Source of the DNA: Candidatus Taylorbacteria bacterium RIFCSPLOWO2_02_FULL_44_35
Lineage (GTDB): Bacteria > Patescibacteriota > Minisyncoccia > Phycocordibacterales > DSPV01
DNA length: 34,194 nt
NCBI GenBank assembly: GCA_001822695.1
Contig: MHSF01000012.1
Location: 1-34,194 of the forward strand
Direction of reading: 5' to 3'
Numbering within the stretch: position 1 is the first letter of the stretch; each line of letters starts with the position of its first letter. Under the pieces are notes generated by a model. It saw nothing but the letters and a program-made list of their open reading frames with translations. It was not told the origin of the DNA and made no database searches. The translations under genes were made by a program, and so were the position numbers. Shown in pieces: positions 27,738 through 34,194 of this stretch.

Positions 27738-28762
27738 TTGACGAAATAAAAATCCACCTGAAAGCCGGCAAAGGCGGTTCTGGCGTGGTTCGCTGGCGAC
27801 ACGAAAAAGGCAAAGAATTGGCTGGTCCGGGCGGCGGCAATGGCGGTAAAGGTGGCGATGTTTTTGCCCGGGCGATTCGCGACATTGGCGGTTTGGCAAG
27901 CTACCGTCATATTAAGGAACTTTCGGCCGGCCGGGGCGGCGACGGCGAAAATTTCGGCCGGCACGGCAAGAACGGCGCCGATTTATTTTTAGCAGTGCCG
28001 ATTGGTTCGGTTTTGACCAATGCTGATACGCGCGAGCGATTCGAGCTTTTGCGTGAAGGCGAGACGGTAAAAATTTTACAGGGCGGCCGCGGCGGTTTGG
28101 GCAATGAATATTTCAAAACCTCTTTTAACACCTCGCCGCGCCAAAGCACTTTGGGCGGTGTCGGTGAAGCGGCTGATTTTTCCATTGAGCTTCAATTATT
28201 CGCCGATGCTGGTTTAATCGGTTTGCCCAATGCCGGCAAATCGTCGCTGTTGAACGCTCTGTCAGCGGCTCGTGCCAAAGTCGGCGATTATCCATTTACA
28301 ACCTTGGAGCCCAATCTCGGCGCTTTGCACAGCTTTATTCTTGCGGATATTCCAGGACTTATTGAGGGTGCATCAGAAGGAAAGGGACTGGGTCACAAAT
28401 TCTTACGTCATATTCGCCGGACGAAAATTTTGCTTCACTGTATTTCTTTGGAGAATCCCGCCCGACCGGATGATTCCAGTTCCCGCCAGAATGACCTTGT
28501 CGGGCTGGGTTCGGGCGGGGAAGATATTACCGCGGTTTGGCAAACCATCCGCGAGGAATTGAAAAAATATGACCAGGATCTTTTAAATAAAAAAGAAATT
28601 ATCATTTTAACAAAGACTGATTTAGTTGACGCTTCCTCAAGCAAAAAAGCCGAAAAATCGGCGAAAAAACTCTGCCCCGTCGTTTTTGCCGTTTCCATTT
28701 TGGACGAACAATCAATTAAAAACTTTTCCGACTCACTTGTGAAAATTCTGCGGGAGTTGTAA
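27731..28762 (+). CDS. obgE: GTPase ObgE
   Basis: Gly-rich Obg fold, GLPNAGKSS, YPFTTLEP, DIPGLIEG, TKTD; 21-aa insertion after ISLEN. Confidence 0.96.
   Translation: MLIDEIKIHLKAGKGGSGVVRWRHEKGKELAGPGGGNGGKGGDVFARAIRDIGGLASYRHIKELSAGRGGDGENFGRHGKNGADLFLAVPIGSVLTNADTRERFELLREGETVKILQGGRGGLGNEYFKTSFNTSPRQSTLGGVGEAADFSIELQLFADAGLIGLPNAGKSSLLNALSAARAKVGDYPFTTLEPNLGALHSFILADIPGLIEGASEGKGLGHKFLRHIRRTKILLHCISLENPARPDDSSSRQNDLVGLGSGGEDITAVWQTIREELKKYDQDLLNKKEIIILTKTDLVDASSSKKAEKSAKKLCPVVFAVSILDEQSIKNFSDSLVKILREL
28457..28519. repeat. palindromic element in-frame within obgE
   Basis: Exactly 63 nt, bounded by the cccgcccga/tcgggcggg inverted repeat. Confidence 0.78.
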
Positions 28763-28772
28763 GCTATTGCCA

Positions 28773-30170
28773 ATGAACTATTCTTCGACCATTGGACTAG
28801 AAATCCATGCGGAATTGAAAACCACGACTAAGATGTTCTGCAATTCCAAAAATGATCCCGATGAGACCCGTTCCAATGTCAATACTTGTCCGGTTTGTCT
28901 GGGTCACCCGGGTACCTTGCCGGTGATCAATAAGGAAGCGTTCAAACATGTTCTTAAAGTAGGACTCGCGCTTGGCGGTAAGTTGGCCGATTTTACCGAG
29001 TTCGATCGGAAAAATTATTTTTATCCTGATATTCCGAAAGGATATCAAATAAGTCAGTATAAATATCCGCTTGTTTCTGACGGAGAATTAAATGGTGTGA
29101 AAATCACAAGGGTCCATCTTGAAGAAGATACGGGCACATCTTTACACGAAGAAGGGGACTATTCGCTTGTTGATTTCAATCGGGCAGGTGTGCCGTTGAT
29201 GGAATTGGTGACCGAGCCGGTGATTCATTCAGCGAAAGAAGCCGCTGATTTTGCGCGCGAGTTGCAATTGCTTTTGCGTTACCTCGAAGTGTCCGACGCC
29301 AACATGGAAAAAGGGGAGATGAGGGTGGAAGCGAATATTAGTATAACACCCAACACCCAACACCCAACACCCAACAACTTAGGAACGAAGGTGGAAGTCA
29401 AAAATCTTAATTCTTTCAAGGCGGTAGAGCAAGCGATTGGCTATGAAATAAAAAGACAGGTGGGAATTTTGGAGCGGGGAGAAAAGGTGATACAAGAAAC
29501 GCGCGGTTGGGATGACGATAAAGATGAAACGTTTTCCCAAAGGCAAAAAGAGGAATCGCATGATTACCGGTATTTTCCCGAGCCGGATATTCCCAAATTG
29601 AAATTAAGCGAATTGCCGGAATTTAATGTTGCAACGCTTAAAAAAGAACTGCCGGAATTGCCCTGGATAAAGAGGGAACGTTACCTCAGGGATTTTAGCA
29701 TTAAGAGTAACGACATAGAGATTTTTGTTCAGGATAGAAAGCTGGCGGGTTTTTTTGAAGCTACCGCTAATATTTTAGGTGAAAAAAAGTTAATTCAATT
29801 GGCGGCAAATTACATTATCAACGACGGCGTTGACGAAAAAGTTCCGCCGGCCGCTTTCGCGGAACTGATTATGATGATTAACAAGGGTAAATTATCTTCA
29901 CGCGGCGCTAAAGACATTTTGGCGGTGATGTTTCAAAAGGGCGGTTTGCCAGCCGAGATTGCCCGAACTCTTGGCTTACTTCAGAAAAATGATGAAAAAA
30001 CTTTAGTAAAAATCGTTCAACAAGCTATTGACGATAACCCAAAAGTTGTTGTTGAGTATAAATCTGGAAAGACCGCTGCTCTAGAGTTTTTAGTGGGGCA
30101 GGGAATGAAAATGTCTAAAGGTTCGGCTAATCCCGCCGCTCTTCGCAAATTATTTGTGAAACAGCTCTAA
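28773..30170 (+). CDS. gatB: Asp/Glu-tRNA amidotransferase subunit B
   Basis: IGLEIHAEL, FDRKNYFYPD, HLEED, DFNRAGVPLMELVTEP, DYRYFPEPD. Confidence 0.97.
   Translation: MNYSSTIGLEIHAELKTTTKMFCNSKNDPDETRSNVNTCPVCLGHPGTLPVINKEAFKHVLKVGLALGGKLADFTEFDRKNYFYPDIPKGYQISQYKYPLVSDGELNGVKITRVHLEEDTGTSLHEEGDYSLVDFNRAGVPLMELVTEPVIHSAKEAADFARELQLLLRYLEVSDANMEKGEMRVEANISITPNTQHPTPNNLGTKVEVKNLNSFKAVEQAIGYEIKRQVGILERGEKVIQETRGWDDDKDETFSQRQKEESHDYRYFPEPDIPKLKLSELPEFNVATLKKELPELPWIKRERYLRDFSIKSNDIEIFVQDRKLAGFFEATANILGEKKLIQLAANYIINDGVDEKVPPAAFAELIMMINKGKLSSRGAKDILAVMFQKGGLPAEIARTLGLLQKNDEKTLVKIVQQAIDDNPKVVVEYKSGKTAALEFLVGQGMKMSKGSANPAALRKLFVKQL
29344..29378 (+). repeat. heptamer tandem repeat inside gatB
   Basis: taacacc caacacc caacacc caacacc caacaac, encoding ITPNTQHPTPNN. 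Confidence 0.85.
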
Positions 30171-30278
30171 TCTAAAATTTTTTAGAAAGGGTGTGAAACA
30201 CTAGAAAAGCCACAATTTGAGCCAAAAAACTCATCTCGGTTAGCCGAGATGTTGTTTTATAACAAATTTTATTCGCAT

Positions 30279-30559
30279 TTGCCAAATTCTTTTTTGGCCA
30301 GACATTTCTTCGCCGCAATATCAAAATTTTTTCTACCCTTTCCCTTTTGAAAAAGGGAAATTAAAATCTACCTTTGTGATTGAGGATATCAGATATCAAC
30401 AAAATGTGGATATCTGATATCCATCTCACAACAAATTAGTTGAAGGCGTATATCGAGCGGGGGCTTGCGAGTCCCGCCACGGCGGGGAGAGCACGAGGAA
30501 CCCCGCTTAGCGGGATATCCGTGCTTCAAGAAAACACCTGCCGAAAAAGAATTTGGCAA
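30279..30559. repeat. ~280-bp element bounded by imperfect ~32-bp inverted repeats, with nested palindromes
   Basis: ttgccaaattctttttt... (30279-30310) is complementary to ...aaaaagaatttggcaa (30528-30559); the outer 16 bp are perfect. Confidence 0.7.
30375..30430. repeat. inverted REP doublet (REPIN-like)
   Basis: ggatatcagatatc (30384-30397) and tgtggatatctgatatcca (30405-30423), closed by tgtga/tcaca. Confidence 0.75.
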
Positions 30560-30610
30560 TCTTTAAACTTTAAAATTTCTAACCATCTCGGATAGCCGAG
30601 ATGGCTTTAT

Positions 30611-30619
30611 TTATCCACA
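30611..30619 (+). promoter_or_regulatory. DnaA-box consensus
   Basis: TTATCCACA perfect match between inverted agccgagatggct/agccatctcggct arms; single copy. Confidence 0.4.
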
Positions 30620-30669
30620 GCTTTATTAGCCATCTCGGCTCGGATTTTTGGTATAATTTGATTAAATAA

Positions 30670-33600
30670 ATGCCTAAAAACGAATTTATTCTAGCGGGAA
30701 AAAAATTCATTACTTCTAAAAAAGCAGCTTTGCTTTTTGGCTATACCCAAGATTACGTTGGTCAGCTTTGCCGCGGTGGAAAAGTAGACGCTCGACGCAT
30801 CGGCCGAACTTGGTATGTTTGCGAGAAATCTATTTTAGAGCATAAAAAACTATATGGCGCGCCAGCGCGAAAAAAGGAGGAAATAGCCCCTAAAGAAATC
30901 AAAAAGGTGCCGGTAGTCGGTGGAGGAGCTTTACCAATTAAGTCAACGGCACCGAAAATCGGTTTTGACAGGACGAGCGGACCGATAATTCCAATTATTA
31001 GAGAAGTCCCGGCTGTTGGCGAACTTAAATACGAAAAAGAAACGCTGCCGTTTCTGCCGGAAATCGGGCGCGCTGATTTTACCGCGCCCAAAAAAGTCGT
31101 CAGCCAGTTTTTCAAAAAGTCGCTTGGTTTTGTTTTGGCGCTTGTCTTGGTGGTGGGCGGTTACGCCAATCGCACCGAAATTGTTGCCGAAGCGGCGCGA
31201 GGTTTTCGCGCCGCGCAGGACAAAGTAGTGGCGACAATTCAAAAGATTCAAAGGCTTCGCCTTGCGGAAGTCCGCAAGGCGAAGCCTTTAGGTTTTATTT
31301 TTGACCAAAAACCAAAACTTTCTTGGGTTGATTCCAAAATCAACGCCGAGCAAGTGGCGAAAATTTTCGGTTCAACCGGTTTTGTTGATGGCGACAAATT
31401 AGTCCAAGCGGTTTCGGGTGCAGTGAAATTGGCGAGCTTTGATTATTTTGAAAACTTAGTGTCGGTGCCGAAAATTTACTCGGAGGAATATATCGCTTCG
31501 GAAAAACTTCTCGCGCTGGTAGAAAAAGTTTTGCCGGATAAACAACGGATAGCTCTAGAGTCAGTTGCTAAAACTACCTACAATGAGTTGCATCCGATTT
31601 TCCAAAAAACCAGTCGGTTTATCGCTTCGCTCTTTGGTAAACAGACCAATGTTTATCTTGCCGTGGATAATTCACAAACGTCAGCAAAAATTTCTACTAA
31701 TGCAACCACCACGGTCCAAACTAAAACTGTTGTCTTAAGCCCGCGTAATGTTATTCAGGAGATCACTAAAAATATTTCTTATGTTGGCATTTCGCGCGAA
31801 GAGTTTGAAAGTCGGCTTCGGGATATCGCCGCTAAGTTTTTCTCCGAGACCTCGCGGCTGTCCACTGCCACCGCCAGCAATAACACTTACATTAACAATG
31901 TCTATAATACCGTTGCTGGCAGCAACAATCTTGACATGCTTCACAAGGTAACCATCAGTGATTCTTCCATTTTCACCGGTGGTACGGTTACCGGCTCTAC
32001 CATTACCGATTCACCGATTAGCGGTTCTACCGGTTCGTTTACTACTCTTTCCGCTTCCGGCGATACCTCGTTGGCGACCACCTCCGTAAATGGCTCGCTT
32101 ACTCTTTCTCAAATTACCGTGCCCGCTGTTACGACTAACCAACTCTACAATGTTGCCGGCTCAATTTACTGGAATGGCATAGCGCTTGGCGCGGGCGGTG
32201 GCGTTGGTTGGGCGACTTCTACTGCTAACTCGGAATCGATTTATTTCTATGGCTTGAGTAATGTCGGTATTGGCACGACTTCGCCTTACGCTAAACTCTC
32301 GGTCGCTGGCAACGGCGCTTTCTGGAACAACTCCTCCACCGCTATCCCTCTTGATATTTACGGCTTCTACAATCAAACTGCCAACTTGTTCAGAGTGTCT
32401 TCTTCAACGGCAACCGCCACCACCACCGCCTTCGTGATTGATTCCAACGGCAAGGTGGGGGTGGGCACGAGCACGCCGGGGACGGACTTCGCGGTGCAAG
32501 GGGGTTTGCTCGCTTCGGGTGTTGCCAACCTGATGACTCATTGCGTGACGGGAGACACCAAGCTCCGCCGACGAAGACGGAAACGAAAGAATAAAAGGTT
32601 AAACCTTTCTTCAGATTTAAGGTTTAACCTTGAAGATGAAAAAGGTTCAACCTTTTCTCGCGGCGGCGATGACGACTACCTCTACGACGAGGTGATGATT
32701 AAGGATATTGAGGCGGGAGACGAAATCCAAACGCTTGACCAAAAAACCGGCGCTCTCGTCTGGCGCAAGGTCAAAGGCGTCGCCTTCATGGGCACCAAGC
32801 CGATTTTCAAACTCACGACCGCGAGCGGCAAGACCATTCGCACCACGGCGGAGCATCCGTATTTTGTGCGAGAAGTTAAAAAAGACGCGCCGAAAAAGAA
32901 ACCGAAGCTCGGCATTTTCTACGACAACTCCAATATGTTTTACGCTCAGAAAGCCGCCGGCTGGAAAGTTGATATCAAGAAACTCAAAGAGTCGCTCGGG
33001 GCAATGTTTGAGGTAAAATTCTTTAACTTTTACACCGCCTTGCCCAAAGAAGGCGACCCAGCTTTGGCGGGCACGCTTGATTACTTAAAAACTTTTGAGA
33101 AAGAAATTTCTCTGAAGACCAAACTGCTCAAGTATATAAAGACCAAAAAGGAGATAAACGGGAAGATTGTGGAAGTTATGGAGAAAAAGGGAGATATGGA
33201 TGTGGATATCACTCTTGATGTTACAAAAGCCATAGACACTCTTGATGCTTTGCTGATTGTCAGCGGAGACAGCGACCTCTTGCCCCTTAAGAATTATTCT
33301 TTAGACAAGGGAAAGAAAATCGCTTTTGCCGGTTACGAAAACAATATGGCTTGGGAGTTAAGGCGGATACTGCACGCTTATCTGGATGACTACGAAGGAG
33401 AATTGGCTCTTCTTTCACCGGCCAATAATGCTGATAAAAAACAAGCCCCAAGCACAGGGCTTGGGGTTGCGTTATGGCAGGCATTGTATGCGAAGCCGCC
33501 TTCGGTGTCAAGCGGCGGGGTGTGGAAAAAAGTTTCTGGTTTGCGTCAGGGCCAGGAAATCGCTGTGTTGCGCGGCAAGCGGACGGTTTGGGACACAATT

Positions 33601-34194
33601 ACGACGATTGAGTCAATGCCCGCCGAAGATGTTTACGACATTGAAGTGGAAGGAACGCATAACTTCATCGGAAACAGCATCGTCGCCCACAACACCTATG
33701 TCGGGGGGAATCTGACCACCGCTGGTTCGTTCACGCTCAACAGTGAGGCCTTCACCGACCTCACGGGGAGCGGTCTCACCAACACCGGCGGCGTCCTCTC
33801 GCTGGACACTTCTTCGGGCATCATTGCCCACGACTGGAAACAACAAACCGACACCTTCTCGGTGAACGCCCTGACGCCGACGACAACGATACCGATTTGG
33901 ATTAAATCCACCGCCACTTCTTCCTTTGCCGGAGGGATTGAGAGCTGGTCAAAGATTGGCGCTCCGTATTTCAACGCCACGAGCACGACCGCGACTTCTA
34001 CATTTGCGGGCGGTTTGCGAGTCGGCGGCGGCTTGAACGTCACCGGTCTCTCGGGCATCGTCCAAGCGGTCAGCGGCGATTTGAAAAACGGCGCCACCAC
34101 CGACAATCTTTCTGAAGGGGCAACTAATCTCTACTACACCACCGCCCGGGTCAACACCGACGCTCCCAATGTCACTTTGAACACCGCCAATTAC
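30670..34194 (+). CDS. giant intein-containing membrane-anchored surface protein (N-terminal HTH, TM, tail-fibre-like stalk); partial, runs off the window
   Basis: Translated by hand, with no stop in 1175 codons. MPKNEFILAGKKFITSKKAALLFGYTQDYVGQLCRGGKVDARRIGRTWYV (excisionase-like HTH), TM at about aa 151-166, NVGIGTTSPYAKLSV, KVGVGTSTP, TTDNLSEGATNLYYT. TGgTATAAT upstream. Confidence 0.9.
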   Translation, partial: MPKNEFILAGKKFITSKKAALLFGYTQDYVGQLCRGGKVDARRIGRTWYVCEKSILEHKKLYGAPARKKEEIAPKEIKKVPVVGGGALPIKSTAPKIGFDRTSGPIIPIIREVPAVGELKYEKETLPFLPEIGRADFTAPKKVVSQFFKKSLGFVLALVLVVGGYANRTEIVAEAARGFRAAQDKVVATIQKIQRLRLAEVRKAKPLGFIFDQKPKLSWVDSKINAEQVAKIFGSTGFVDGDKLVQAVSGAVKLASFDYFENLVSVPKIYSEEYIASEKLLALVEKVLPDKQRIALESVAKTTYNELHPIFQKTSRFIASLFGKQTNVYLAVDNSQTSAKISTNATTTVQTKTVVLSPRNVIQEITKNISYVGISREEFESRLRDIAAKFFSETSRLSTATASNNTYINNVYNTVAGSNNLDMLHKVTISDSSIFTGGTVTGSTITDSPISGSTGSFTTLSASGDTSLATTSVNGSLTLSQITVPAVTTNQLYNVAGSIYWNGIALGAGGGVGWATSTANSESIYFYGLSNVGIGTTSPYAKLSVAGNGAFWNNSSTAIPLDIYGFYNQTANLFRVSSSTATATTTAFVIDSNGKVGVGTSTPGTDFAVQGGLLASGVANLMTHCVTGDTKLRRRRRKRKNKRLNLSSDLRFNLEDEKGSTFSRGGDDDYLYDEVMIKDIEAGDEIQTLDQKTGALVWRKVKGVAFMGTKPIFKLTTASGKTIRTTAEHPYFVREVKKDAPKKKPKLGIFYDNSNMFYAQKAAGWKVDIKKLKESLGAMFEVKFFNFYTALPKEGDPALAGTLDYLKTFEKEISLKTKLLKYIKTKKEINGKIVEVMEKKGDMDVDITLDVTKAIDTLDALLIVSGDSDLLPLKNYSLDKGKKIAFAGYENNMAWELRRILHAYLDDYEGELALLSPANNADKKQAPSTGLGVALWQALYAKPPSVSSGGVWKKVSGLRQGQEIAVLRGKRTVWDTITTIESMPAEDVYDIEVEGTHNFIGNSIVAHNTYVGGNLTTAGSFTLNSEAFTDLTGSGLTNTGGVLSLDTSSGIIAHDWKQQTDTFSVNALTPTTTIPIWIKSTATSSFAGGIESWSKIGAPYFNATSTTATSTFAGGLRVGGGLNVTGLSGIVQAVSGDLKNGATTDNLSEGATNLYYTTARVNTDAPNVTLNTANY
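32905..33390 (+). other. NYN (LabA/DUF88-like PIN-fold) ribonuclease domain nested in the intein
   Basis: IFYDNSNMFY, FYTA, KKGDMDVDITLD, IVSGDSDLLPL, GKKI...M AWEL. Confidence 0.85.
33435..33511 (-). promoter_or_regulatory. antisense promoter plus terminator unit inside the intein coding sequence
   Basis: Minus strand TTGACA (33511-33506), 17 nt, TACAAT (33488-33483); then ccccaagc-cctgt-gcttgggg and cttgtttttt. Confidence 0.6.

Larger units (their letters stand above)
32542..33693 (+). mobile_element. intein (384 aa) with an inserted NYN domain
   Basis: Block A CVTGDTKL, block B IRTTAEHPYF, block F VYDIEVEGTHNF, block G IVAHN followed by +1 Thr. Confidence 0.9.

Noticed and set aside
30611-30619. 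oriC
   Set aside because: Only one perfect DnaA box seen and no dnaA/dnaN nearby.
32905-33390. Intein insert as a LAGLIDADG or HNH homing endonuclease
   Set aside because: Neither motif is present; the acidic motifs match NYN/PIN.
30762-34106. Short track ORFs in this interval (e.g. 30762-31115, 32708-33016, 33386-33715, 33696-34106)
   Set aside because: They are shadows of the uninterrupted frame-1 ORF from 30670, which carries recognisable domains.

Overview
This looks like a chromosomal window from a reduced-genome bacterium, most consistent with Parcubacteria (CPR/Patescibacteria). That is an inference from the type IV pilus locus lacking a secretin, rplK not followed by rplA, and the style of the giant surface protein. 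From left to right it contains: the 3' tail of a possible integrase-core transposase; a candidate ~210-nt structured ncRNA; ftsE; two paralogous multi-TM histidine kinases; a 998-aa secreted beta-helix/lipase protein with a small membrane partner; a comF/hemolysin-III deletion scar; comF; a pilM-N-O-(P-like)-pilB-receiver-pilT-pilC-pilin-pilin cluster; a REP-associated tyrosine transposase flanked by palindromes; and housekeeping genes (folD, SIMPL, secE, nusG, rplK, cytidylyltransferase, DedA, phosphoglycerate mutase-like, eno, MYG1, obgE, gatB). The supplied ORF track misses the most unusual gene, an ORF starting at 30670 that is still open at the window end (>=1175 codons). It encodes an N-terminal HTH, one TM segment and a tail-fibre-like Ser/Thr/Gly stalk. 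The stalk is interrupted by a 384-aa intein that carries an intact-looking NYN/PIN ribonuclease domain instead of a homing endonuclease, plus an antisense consensus promoter/terminator unit. Palindromic and heptamer repeats are abundant, and several sit in-frame inside eno, obgE, gatB and the intein. All calls come from reading motifs by eye; no searches were run.
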